NCBI GenBank assembly: GCA_043228905.1
Contig: JBHGNT010000001.1
Coordinates: 10,292,001-10,356,000, forward strand
Direction of reading: 5' to 3'
DNA from: Azolla caroliniana
Lineage: Eukaryota; Plantae; Polypodiophyta
DNA: 64,000 nucleotides
Below the pieces are notes generated by a model. It did not search any database, was not told the DNA's origin, and worked only from the letters and a program-made list of their open reading frames with translations. The position numbers and the translations under genes were made by a program. Each line of letters opens with the position of its first letter. Within the stretch, counting starts at the first letter, position 1. Below, piece after piece: positions 1 through 11,300 of this stretch.

Positions 1-366
1 ACATTTTGTCCAATGTGTTTATTGCATTGGAATCAACATTTGTTGGTGATTTCGGTTCATTATCAATCATACTCTCGAACTTTGAGGCGGCCTTATGAGT
101 GTGTGTCATTGTAGGACCAAACCCTACGAGAAGAGGGAGAAGGAGAGAGGGAGAGAGAAAATGTACCTTTCACTTTATTTAGGGCTTCAAAATCTACCTT
201 GTGTTTGAGGAGCCGTGGGGCAAAGATGGATGCGGACGAAAATGCTCATAACTTCTCGCCACAGTAACAATGGGTATATAGATCTTCATTGAATTACACA
301 CATTTGATTAGTTTCATCTTCCTTCCAAGTTGCACGATAGACACAAAACTTAAACACAGTATGTAA

Positions 367-724
367 CATACTCAAATGTATTGGCAAACATTCTTTTTCA
401 TATGAATGCGTATGTTATCAAAACATTCTTATGTTTTTTTTACACTTTTTACCATAACATTCTAACCTTAAAAAAGTTACTTTATAACAAATAATGAATA
501 CAAATGTATGGTATTTATCATACTTCGAGGGTGTTTACCATACTCGAATGTATTGGCAAACATTCTTTTTCATACGAATGAGTATGTTATCAAAACATTC
601 TTATGTTTTTTTTTACACTTTTTACCGTAACATTCTAACCTTAAAAAAAGTTACCTTATAACAAATAATGAATACAAATGTATGGTATTTATCATACTTC
701 GAGGGTGTTTACCATACTCGAATG
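367..724. repeat. Tandem duplication, ~172-174 bp unit (2 copies plus the start of a third)
   Basis: CATACTC(A/G)AATG recurs at 367, 539 and 713. The two full units differ only by a few substitutions and T/A-run lengths. Confidence 0.9.
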
Positions 725-1089
725 ATTGAATAATTCTCGAATGCGAATGCACGTACGTTACATATGGTTCATACTATGCTTCCAACCATATCAAAGACAT
801 GTAGGTCCCCGTCTCTTGCTATCCAACTCCATCCTACATTTGTGAACCAAATGAATATGAGCAAAAATGTTGCAAACTTGAGTAGTTCTAACTTATTGTT
901 CTTCTTCTCTTAAAGATTGATCAAACTTGTTTAAGTTTTGTGTCTATCATCTAAATAAAGCCTTCCTAGGGTATATTTATGGGTTCTAGTCACAAATGGG
1001 ATTTTTACCCCCACATAAATAACTAACTAGACAAATAAGGAAATTTAAGATAAAATAACACATGACCTAAAAGTATAATGGGAACCCTT

Positions 1090-1258
1090 TGTCGAATACA
1101 TGTGTATAATGGACGTATTCACACTATCCCGTTTTGGCCATTTATGTAATTAGCATAAAGGGTAGTTGCCCTAAGTCGGTCACTATATATAGTGACCTTG
1201 TAACCTCTTTGTGGGGTTGGTTGTTGTATTCTTTGTTTATGCAATAAGAAAGTCCTTT

Positions 1259-1294
<36 letters not shown>

Positions 1295-1378
1295 AACGAC
1301 CTACAATCTCTCATACGCAGGTACTGAACAGAACAGAATGCTTCTTGATCTTCCGCATTAACGACCTCGCTTTCAACA
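1090..1378 (+). repeat. 5' LTR of the copia element (289 bp)
   Basis: Identical to 6262-6554 except one T/C near the 3' end and (CT)14 versus (CT)16. Confidence 0.97.
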
Positions 1379-1380
1379 TC

Positions 1381-1392
1381 TGGTATCAGAGC
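1381..1392 (+). promoter_or_regulatory. Primer-binding site complementary to the initiator tRNA-Met 3' end
   Basis: TGGTATCAGAGC 2 nt after the 5' LTR, the canonical plant copia PBS. Confidence 0.95.
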
Positions 1393-2054
1393 GGAGGTTC
1401 GGCCGTCATCACCGCCTGCAAAGCATTCGGTTCTTCACTTCATCTCGGCCTGCACAGTATCCGCGTCATTCGAAGAAAGAGAGAAGAAGAACAAAAACGA
1501 GGTTTGCACCTCATCGCGTTAGATCCTCTTGCTTGGAGTAAGCCCACAGGTTGTACTCTCTTCCGTGTGATCGTAACCGCTCGAGGTGAAATCCCCTTGT
1601 GCATCATTGACACGATCGTGCTCCATTCGGTTAAACGGCAACCGAAGAGGTCACCAAACGCTGCTCGTTGTAACCACTCGGTGCAGATCGGTCTCAAGAC
1701 AACAACCCCAATTCGTGCTTCATCCGGCTGATCGACATTCGAGAGGATCAGTTGGATCTGTCTCTCTCGTCGCTGCAGCCACCCGAAGCAGAATCGGTCC
1801 AGATAATCGGTTTCAATTATCGGTATTCGGCATATATATCCGAAGCGAACCGGGCTCACTCCGACTCGGCAACATTCGGGAAGACCAGTCGGTTCTGTCC
1901 CTCAAGCTACCGGAGTCAATTCGAGCAAGTTCCGAAGCCGAACCGACTCGGGTTCAAATCCGACTAGAACGATATCGGGTGAGCCAACCGGCTGCACTCC
2001 AACAAGGTTCGTAGTCAACTCTGAACCGAGCTTCGTCAACCAAAACCGAATTTG

Positions 2055-5000
2055 ATGGCATCAACATCCGGCTCGTCAGAAATGAGTCTACGAAAGTTCG
2101 ATGGATCGAACTTTAACTTCTGGAAGGAGCAAATGCAGGACTATCTCATAGTCAAGGGGCAAATCGATCCCATCGAAAATGAAGAACCTCCAGAAGGATA
2201 CAAACCAATTGAGTGGCAGAAGCTGGACAGAATCGTCCGCGCCACGATTCGGATGCACCTATCGGAATCGGTATACTTTACGGTGCAATCGTGTACGACA
2301 GCATTCGAACTGTGGAAAACACTGTCGGACACTTACGAAAAGAAGGTCGCCGCAACGAAGATGTTTCTGATCCGGCGCCTCTACAACTTGCGGATGAAAG
2401 AATCCGATTCGGTTCAGGCACACCTCAATGAGTACGAAAGCATCAGCTCCCAAATCTCATCTCAGGGGACGGCAATCGAGGATGAACTCAGAGCAATGAT
2501 ACTCATGAGCAGCCTTCCCTCATCATGGGAAACTTTCGTCACAACTGTGTGCAACGCGTCAACCACGGCTGTTAAATACTCCGAAGTCACGAGCGCAATC
2601 CTAACCGAAGCAGCTCGGAGAAAGTCTTTCGGCAAAGACTCAACAGAAGACGCTTATGTAGTACAAGGTTCGACAGACCGATCGAACATACGAGGAAGAG
2701 ATTCCTCACGACCGCCGAACAATCAGCGAAGACGGAGCCAGTCACGGGATAACCGAATCTGCAACTACTGCAAGAAACCCGGACACATCAAAGCCGACTG
2801 CCGCGCACTCAAGAACAAGAACAACAAGAAGAGTGGCCGGCATGAGGAGATCAATTACGTCAGCTTCTCAGCTGATGTACTACCGGACGACCCGAATATA
2901 CTATCAATCGAAAATCCAGTCGGATCAGAAGTTCTACTCACGACTGAAGAATCGAGCACATGGCTCTTAGATTCGGGCGCGTCATTTCACGTGACTCCTC
3001 ATCGATCCCAATTTCGGCAATACACGATCCGTCACTCCGACTCAGTTCGGGTCGGTAACTCGCAACACTGTGACATCATCGGAATCGGCACAGTAGAGCT
3101 CAACCTTGCAGGTGGCTCTACACTTGTACTCCACAATGTCCGACATGTACCCGAGCTCTCAAGGCCATTGATCTCAGTCGGACAACTAGATGAAGACGGC
3201 ATTCGTGCCGGTTTCTCTTCGGGAGGGTGGACACTCCACAGGGGGAACCTCCTGCTTGCTAGAGGACCTAAGATACACTCCCTGTATCCGTTACATGTTA
3301 CGCTCAGAGAGGGTAACCTGTTCTTGGTGGATATTCCTGTGTCATCATTATGGCACCGAAGACTGGGACACCTCAGCAAGGCCGGCATCACGCACCTATC
3401 TAGAGCCGGATACATCCCCAAACTCTCCTTCTCGGACCATCAATTCTGCGAGCATTGCCAGTATGGCAAACAAGTAGCCGCATCACACCCGACATCAGCA
3501 CCAAGAGAAACGAGACCTCTCGATTTAGTCCATTCGGACGTCTGTGGCCCAATGCCGCATCAGTCTCTAGGCGGTGCATCTTACTTCGTCACTTTTATTG
3601 ACGACTCGACTCGAAAGGTGTGGGCGTATCCAATTCGCACCAAAGATCGTGTCTTCTCGATCTTTTCAGATTGGCTCGCTATGGTGGAAAATCAAACCGA
3701 CCGAAAGCTGAAATGCTTTCGGACAGACAATGGGGGAGAGTTCAAATCCGAAGAATTCGTCAAATTCTGCCGACAACGCGGCATCCGACGTGAACTTACG
3801 GCACCACACAGTCCGGAGCAAAACGGGATTGCCGAACGCATGAATCGGACAATCCAAGAACGGTTAGTCTCCATGCTCCAACACTCCGGACTGTCGGATG
3901 GCTTCTGGGCAGAGGCTCTACTCACGGCAGTACACATAATCAATATGTCGCCAAGTAGACCTCTAGGACTTCAAATTCCTCAGGAACTATGGATCGGCAG
4001 TAAGCCGAATTACGACAAGCTGAGGATCTTCGGATGCGAGGCGTACGCCCTTATTCCAAAAGATGATCGCCGAAAACTTGCACCTCGGTCCAGGAAATGC
4101 ATTTTCCTTGGATATGGATCCGACGGCGAAATGGGATACCGACTCTGGGACCCCGAACGCAGACAAATCGTTCGAAGTTCGGACGTTGTGTTCAACGAGT
4201 CGGCTATGAATCCATCAGTCGAAAAACCGATCGAAGTCCGAAGGGTAACATTTTCCGATGTGCCGACCCTTCAAGAAGGCCCTGCTCTCAACACACGGTC
4301 AGCTTCACGGGTAGCTGAACCTTACACTACCGACTCGGACAACCCCGACTCGGCACAGCAGAACAATCCGCTTTCGGACCATCCGACATTGATACCCGAT
4401 GCGACCAGTCCAATCATACCTCGACGATCCGAGAGACTGTCGCAACCTCCGGAGAGGTATTCTCCTGGAATTTTCTTCACCGACGCCGGCGAACCGACGT
4501 CTTACGAAGAAGCATCGACATCTGTCGATTCCGCCACCTGGCATCTGGCGATGGAGTCGGAAATGCACTCCATTCGGGCAAACAAGACTTGGGATCTGGT
4601 CGAATTACCTAGGAACCGACGTGCTCTTCCTTGCAAGTGGGTTTATCGACTAAAAGAGACGTCAGATTCGACCACCCCAAAGTACAAGGCCAGATTAGTT
4701 GCGAAGGGCTTCCGACAAGAATATGGCGTCGACTTCGACGAGATTTTTTCACCAGTGGTGAAAATGACAACCCTTCGTTTCCTACTCGGCGTAGTGGCAG
4801 CCGACAACTTGGAGCTGATTCAGCTAGATGTCAAAACAGCCTTCCTCCATGGTGATCTCGAGGAGGAAATTTATATGGAGCAGCCAAAAGGCTTCGTGGC
4901 AACCGGCCAAGAACATCTAGTCTGCCGACTCAGGAAGAGTCTATACGGCCTCAAACAGGCACCGCGACAATGGTACAAGAAGTTCGACGACTTCATCCAA

Positions 5001-6068
5001 TCGATCGGCTTCTCCAAAAGCGATGAGGACCATTGTCTCTTCACCAACACAGCTCAAGATGGATCACCCATCTTCCTCATCATTTACGTGGACGACATGC
5101 TAATTTCTGGACGCCACGCGGGCGAACTTGCCGATCTCGTTCGGCAACTGCGGTTGAAGTTTGCCATGAAGGACCTCGGTCCGGCACGACACATCCTTGG
5201 CATGAAGATTAGTCGGCATCGCGATAAACGACATCTTTTTTTGTCTCAGACCGACTATATCGGACGTGTCTTGGAACGCTTCAACATGCAATCAGCCAAA
5301 TCTGCTTCAACCCCGCTCCCCATGAATCTTCGGCTCTCTCAGCGAGACTGCCCGACATCCGGTCCGGAGGGGGAAGATATGAAGTCGGTACCGTATGCAC
5401 CGGCAGTCGGCTCCCTTATGTACCTGATGGTCGCGACACGGCCTGATATTTCTCATGCCGTAGGAGTCGTTAGCAGATTTATGCACAATCCTGGCCGATC
5501 GCATTGGAACGCAGTCAAGCATGTGTTCAGATATCTGGCTGGCACAAAAGACCACGGCATTCTTTTCGGTCCGAACCGAACCTCAGGCGTAGTCGGTTAC
5601 ACCGACTCGGACTTCGCCGGCTGTATAGACAGTCGGAAATCTACAACCGGATACTGCTTCAAATTCGGCAATGGAGCAATCTCGTGGAAGTCGAAACTTC
5701 AGGAGTGCACAGCGACCTCAACGACCGAAGCAGAATATGTAGCTGCGTCCGACGCAGCAAAAGAAGCGTTATGGCTCGGTCGGCTGGCGCACACGTTTCG
5801 ACAAGTCGACCATGACTCGGCTCCAGTTGTCTACAGCGACAGTCAAGGTGCTGTTGCCTTGTCGAAAAATCCGGTTCACCACAACGCCTCCAAACATATC
5901 GACGTTCGATATCACTTCGTTCGGGACTGCGTCATTTCAGGGAAAATCGGTCTAGAGAAAATATCCACAACCGACAACGTCGCAGATGGAATGACCAAAT
6001 GTCTTTCGGCAGACCGTTTTCGGTCTCTTCGGCATCAGATGGGCGTAACGACAAACCAGTTCGGTTAG
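2055..6068 (+). CDS. Ty1/copia gag-pol polyprotein (Gag, CCHC knuckle, PR, IN, RT, RNase H)
   Basis: First ATG is at 2055 (the ORF track starts at an upstream TTG). Motifs: CNYCKKPGHIKADC, WLLDSGASFH, LWHRRLGH..CEHC, VHSDVCGP, RTDNGGEF, KARLVAKGF, QLDVKTAFLHG, YVDDML, KHIDVRYHFVR. IN-before-RT order defines copia. Confidence 0.98.
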   Translation: MASTSGSSEMSLRKFDGSNFNFWKEQMQDYLIVKGQIDPIENEEPPEGYKPIEWQKLDRIVRATIRMHLSESVYFTVQSCTTAFELWKTLSDTYEKKVAATKMFLIRRLYNLRMKESDSVQAHLNEYESISSQISSQGTAIEDELRAMILMSSLPSSWETFVTTVCNASTTAVKYSEVTSAILTEAARRKSFGKDSTEDAYVVQGSTDRSNIRGRDSSRPPNNQRRRSQSRDNRICNYCKKPGHIKADCRALKNKNNKKSGRHEEINYVSFSADVLPDDPNILSIENPVGSEVLLTTEESSTWLLDSGASFHVTPHRSQFRQYTIRHSDSVRVGNSQHCDIIGIGTVELNLAGGSTLVLHNVRHVPELSRPLISVGQLDEDGIRAGFSSGGWTLHRGNLLLARGPKIHSLYPLHVTLREGNLFLVDIPVSSLWHRRLGHLSKAGITHLSRAGYIPKLSFSDHQFCEHCQYGKQVAASHPTSAPRETRPLDLVHSDVCGPMPHQSLGGASYFVTFIDDSTRKVWAYPIRTKDRVFSIFSDWLAMVENQTDRKLKCFRTDNGGEFKSEEFVKFCRQRGIRRELTAPHSPEQNGIAERMNRTIQERLVSMLQHSGLSDGFWAEALLTAVHIINMSPSRPLGLQIPQELWIGSKPNYDKLRIFGCEAYALIPKDDRRKLAPRSRKCIFLGYGSDGEMGYRLWDPERRQIVRSSDVVFNESAMNPSVEKPIEVRRVTFSDVPTLQEGPALNTRSASRVAEPYTTDSDNPDSAQQNNPLSDHPTLIPDATSPIIPRRSERLSQPPERYSPGIFFTDAGEPTSYEEASTSVDSATWHLAMESEMHSIRANKTWDLVELPRNRRALPCKWVYRLKETSDSTTPKYKARLVAKGFRQEYGVDFDEIFSPVVKMTTLRFLLGVVAADNLELIQLDVKTAFLHGDLEEEIYMEQPKGFVATGQEHLVCRLRKSLYGLKQAPRQWYKKFDDFIQSIGFSKSDEDHCLFTNTAQDGSPIFLIIYVDDMLISGRHAGELADLVRQLRLKFAMKDLGPARHILGMKISRHRDKRHLFLSQTDYIGRVLERFNMQSAKSASTPLPMNLRLSQRDCPTSGPEGEDMKSVPYAPAVGSLMYLMVATRPDISHAVGVVSRFMHNPGRSHWNAVKHVFRYLAGTKDHGILFGPNRTSGVVGYTDSDFAGCIDSRKSTTGYCFKFGNGAISWKSKLQECTATSTTEAEYVAASDAAKEALWLGRLAHTFRQVDHDSAPVVYSDSQGAVALSKNPVHHNASKHIDVRYHFVRDCVISGKIGLEKISTTDNVADGMTKCLSADRFRSLRHQMGVTTNQFG

Positions 6069-6261
6069 AGCCGGACACAGAGCAGGATGGTTCCCGACAA
6101 CCGACATCAGTTCCTCAATGATCGGCCTCAACTGTTCCGACCCGACCAGTTCGGTCTTCTGCCTTCGGACCCTGCCGACTCGGACAAAGCTGATATGTCC
6201 GAGAACCTAAGTCTATACCTGTAATCTTAGATAACCCATGTATACGCCCATTACGGGGGAG

Positions 6262-6430
6262 TGTCGAATACATGTGTATAATGGACGTATTCACACTATC
6301 CCGTTTTGGCCATTTATGTAATTAGCATAAAGGGTAGTTGCCCTAAGTCGGTCACTATATATAGTGACCTTGTAACCTCTTTGTGGGGTTGGTTGTTGTA
6401 TTCTTTGTTTATGCAATAAGAAAGTCCTTT

Positions 6431-6470
<40 letters not shown>

Positions 6471-6554
6471 AACGACCTACAATCTCTCATACGCAGGTAC
6501 TGAACAGAACAGAATGCTTCTTGATCTTCCGCATTAACGACCTCGCTTCCAACA
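6262..6554 (+). repeat. 3' LTR of the copia element (293 bp)
   Basis: TG...CA, preceded by the PPT and followed by TSD CCCTT. Confidence 0.97.
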
Positions 6555-8383
6555 CCCTTCCCCTATTTGATTAATGGATAAAAGAACCCAAACCTTCCAC
6601 CCTAGTTGAATGTAACAACTATCTATGACCTCTTCATATGTTTTCGGATCAAGTGAAAGGAGACATAGCTTGAGAACATTTCATAGGGACAAGGTGGGAT
6701 GCTATTGTAAGCGTAACTTTAGGAAGCAATTCTAAAAGGCTAGTTCAATGGGTTTAAGGGTAGGATAAGTGGGAAACCAAATACATAAGACTTGGGACAA
6801 ATCCATAAGAAAGCATGACAAGTGGGAACATGTGGCAATTAAGGAGTTCAATGGTTTATGGGTGGGATAAGAGGGAAAACAGTGTCCTACTAGGACTTGT
6901 GAGAAACCCATACGAATGTGAGAACATTTGCGAGTTCAATGAGTTGGGATATATAAAGGGGATAACTACTCCATCATTGAAATCTTGCGACATTGTTGAG
7001 ATTCTATTGGTGAGCCAAAGCTCTCCAATTATGTAAACTAATTCCAAGGTACTATATATTACAATATTCGGTGGCGTGGGACATCAATGGCATTTTATGT
7101 TCGTGTTTTATACTTTTGCTTGAGGGATGGTTGGCATAGTTAAGAACCCTTAATAAACCATTATTTTCTTAATCTTAATATGCCTTTTCATTTGTATTTG
7201 ATTCACAATAAATGTCCTTTCCTTCATCCAAACCATCCAAGGTGATTTGTTTGCAAGTGAAACTTAAGTCGGACCTTGAATTGTACATCAATTGAGTTTC
7301 CATTCATTAATTTGACTTTATGTGGTGTCCTTATCACTATTAGCTCCCGAATATCATACTTTTTTTAGTATTACGTGTAAATCTTCATATCAAATTTGAA
7401 GGGTGGGAGTATGTTAAGAGCTAACCATAACTAACGGCAAGGTATAATGAATTGTAGTTCTCTAACCTTAAGGTTACAAGGTGTGGGCTAGTTCATAATG
7501 AATGAAAGGTAAGGGCAGAGTTATCGTCAATCCTATTGTTGGAGATAACTTTTGAGTATTTCATCACTTGACCACTTCTATTGAAGTAGTAAAATGTAAA
7601 TCAACAAGCGCCCATGGTTTGACCCTATAAAAGAGGGCAACTTACCTTCATGAAGAGGACAAGAGTTATGTCATGGAGACTCTACTAATGTGGCTAAGCT
7701 CTAGCTACATATGTGTGTTCCTGCTTCCTTGAACCCAACATACGATACATGTTTGTACTCGGTGGTACAGGACAATGAAGAACTCTAATATGTCTTTCAC
7801 CTTCGTTAAAGGGTGTTCTATCGCCCTTTCTTCCCTATTTCCTTTGTCATTTAATTTGCTAAATGTTCATGACTTTCTTACCCTAATGTTATGGAATGTG
7901 TCGTCACACCTAAGAACAAGTCAATATACAAAATATAACTTTGGTGCATTTCATGAATATTATATGAAGTATGCTAGACTTAGAGTGACAAGTAAAAAAA
8001 AGGTCTCTAGTTTAGGGGAGGATCGGTGGCAGAAGGCAGGGCGCAACAAAAATGGATAAATTGTGGTGTTGTTGGGAAGTAGGTTGGATTTTAGTAGGAA
8101 TCGAGTTCAAGACTAGGAGTTCGTTTGTATGGAATGCCGAGGGGCAGTTTTGCAATTATAGTAAAATTGACGATCGTTTTTTCATTATTATTTACAATAC
8201 CCCCCCCCCCCCCCCCTCTCCGGGAACGTCTTTCTCATTCACTAATAAGCTGAAAGAAAGAAGACATAAGACATATCTCTCTGCTAACCCTAATTTTCTT
8301 GCTCTGTGCGAAGGGAAGGGAAGGGAAGGGACAGACAAACTAGACAGGGACAGGGACAGAAAGGAAGGCGATGCGAAGTCGCG

Positions 8384-11300
8384 ATGGATCGACCAAGGAT
8401 TGTTGGAGAATACGAACTAATGCATCAGATAGGTTCTGGTTCATTCGCCGTTGTTTGGAAAGCCAAACACAGACTCACAGGTATGGAAGTTGCTATCAAA
8501 GAGATAGCTGCAGATAAGCTTAACCAGAAGCTCTGTGAGAACCTCATGTCTGAGATCGAGATACTTAAACGAACTAGCCACCCTAACATCATCCGCCTCT
8601 TCGCCACCATCCAGGTATGCATGCTTGGCACTGCATAGTACGGAAAATATTTTTTTTAGGTTTTTTAGTTTCTTGGATTAAACAGCATGAAATCATGGTT
8701 AGGTTTTTTTATCTCATTATTATTTTGGGTTTTAAACGAAATATTATGTATCGTTTTGTAGAAAATGGGATCCTAACATCATTCATCTCTTTCTTTTTAA
8801 AATTTAAAATTTTTATGTTTTGCTTTCTTCTTCATGCATGAAGCAATATAAAAGTTTGGGGAAGAAAGCCACAAACTTTTTGGATTTTAGATGAGAATTT
8901 AGGTTTTTTCGTTTTCTTTACAACTAGTTGAGTTTCTTTCTCATTTATGCATGAAATAATTGGAGATTATTTTAAAAAAAGGTCAGCATATTATTTTCTT
9001 GTGTGAAATAATTGGAGAATGCCACATAAATGGGGACGTAATAGAAAATTGTACTGTTTATCTGTTCCACGAATTTCCATGCTTTTCCTGCGTCAAATAA
9101 TAATAACATGTTCTGTGAAAAAACCCACAATTGTTTTGTGAATATAATAGGAATTTTAAAATCAATTTGTTGAGATTGGAAATTGTGGGAATTATAATAA
9201 AATACTTATGATCATCTTCGTGGCTAGAGGCACCATGTGTAATTTGCAGATTAATAAGCCTATCAACAATGATTCTTATTATCCATATCAAACATGTTAA
9301 TAATTGGAGTTAAGACAAATTAGACTGAACGATTATCCTTGAAAACTTTTTCTATCACGAGAGAAAGCCATGCAACTACAAAAGTCAATGCTTCATCATG
9401 AATGCCAATTGATAGGATCTATTCACAGGGTTAATCATTGTTCTTATGATTTATACGAATGCTGACTCTATATATGAAATCAAGCGGAGAAATATTCCGT
9501 GCCATTGGAAATGGATAATACAAAGTAAACCAAATTGCTATCCATATATGGCATTGTAAGAAAAAATTGGACATGCCAAGTATCTATATGCAATTGAACC
9601 AAGTATAAGTCCTGAACTATCTTAGAATGAGTGGATCACTTTGCATCATATTGTTTCAGCCCACTCTGAGAGAGTGACTGATATTGATGAATGATAATAT
9701 TAGACTAGGCCCTATCATTTGAAAGTTGGTAGTCCTTATGGGTGATACTTTGCAGTTGCTGAAGTAGAAGGAAGAAGCGAATAAAACAGATTTGCATCAT
9801 CTTTGTATTGCAATGCATTAGAAAGAATAAAGAGGAAAATGAAGAAACATGCAAGATTTTGACTGAATGATAAGTGGAAAGAGGAAGCAAAAAGAGGAAG
9901 CAAAAAGAGGTAGAATTCAGGAAGGAAGAGTTGCTGGAAGGAATGAGGAGCAAGAGGAAGAGTAAGTTTGTAGACTACAAAAGGAGGAGTATTGACTTGA
10001 GTGGTTACTGAACCACAAACTGTAGAAAAACACTTGATGCAAACTAGAAACTTGTACTAAGCAAAAAAGATATATTTAATATATAACAGTGGCACCCACG
10101 TCACAACTGTAACTGCTAACAGATACAATATGAAAAAGGAAGAGACGAGGGAATTAATTCCAAAATATATGTATTTTGGAGGAATTGGCGAATTCTTATA
10201 TACATGTAGGAGTCCTTCTTTGCGAAAGGGAAAAGAGGTGGGTGATGGACAGCCATGTCGGCACTTGCCGAAAAAGGAAAATCACCTCCGTAAAGGCAAG
10301 CTACCACCTCACCGTTGCCACTTCTGCACATTTCCGGATAACTAAATGAAACAATAAAGCTTACTGCATAAATGAACAATGGTGAATCCAAAAGTGAAGA
10401 ACTCCTTCAAATTGGAGCCAATCCCCCAATATAATTAACTCTATCATGATCTGAAAGAATTATTAATGCAGCAAGAGCAACTAAGTTAGCAACATGAAGG
10501 AAGAAGTGATAGGAGACGGCGAATGGCATGTTGTCCAGTGGAGACCAGAAAATCATTGTTAATCCCTATACTCAGCAGTGGCATCTAGCAAGCTAATGGA
10601 GTTAGTGAGATCTGAACCCAGATGTATGGGGTAATATAAAATATGCCTTAGAACAAGGGCAGCACTATTTTTTGGTTTTAAAAATGTAGAAGCGGGATGA
10701 CAAAAAAAAAGTGCAAGTACAAGAAGATTTTCTCTTCAGAAAGAAACAATTGTGATTGTTCATAAGTATTGTATTTTGATGTTTAGGTTCGTGTTTCACA
10801 CTCACCTGAATGTTTCACCTTTCTTAACTGCCGGAAAACTTTTCTTGGTGGTGTTGATAAAATGCACTCAGTCTCAATAATTCTCGAATGTTAGTGAGAC
10901 ATATATTGTTGTCTACATATGAATGATGATATATGGACATTTAATGTGCATTGAGAAACAGGATTCTGTTCTAGATCAAAGCAAACCATCAGATTAAAGA
11001 CATATTCTCCTTATTGCCAATTTGGCATTCTTATAGATGAAAAAATTTGCCAATCAGATTTCAGCAATAGCATTTGCCATCTATACTGGAAAAGTCCAAG
11101 GCCACTCAGATAGATAAATTTACGAAACAGATTTCAGCAAGAGCATTGTTACAATGCCAAAGATTGTCATGGGAAATGCATAAGTTACCGAAACAATACT
11201 GTGCCTATACTTGATATTAGACATGAGTTTTGAAATTCAATTTCCTTAAAACACAAATTTTATAAGCTTCAATTTGACAACTGCTATCAAATTGTTAAGG

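Larger units (their letters stand above)
1090..6554 (+). mobile_element. Full-length, very young Ty1/copia LTR retrotransposon
   Basis: 5' LTR 1090-1378 and 3' LTR 6262-6554, both TG...CA. 5-bp TSD CCCTT at 1085-1089 and 6555-6559. PBS TGGTATCAGAGC at 1381-1392, PPT GGGGGAG at 6255-6261, and an uninterrupted gag-pol ORF. Confidence 0.98.

Noticed and set aside
1291-2014. Overlapping 140-aa ORFs in the copia 5' leader
   Set aside because: Non-ATG starts, no recognisable domains, and expected by chance in GC-rich leader sequence.
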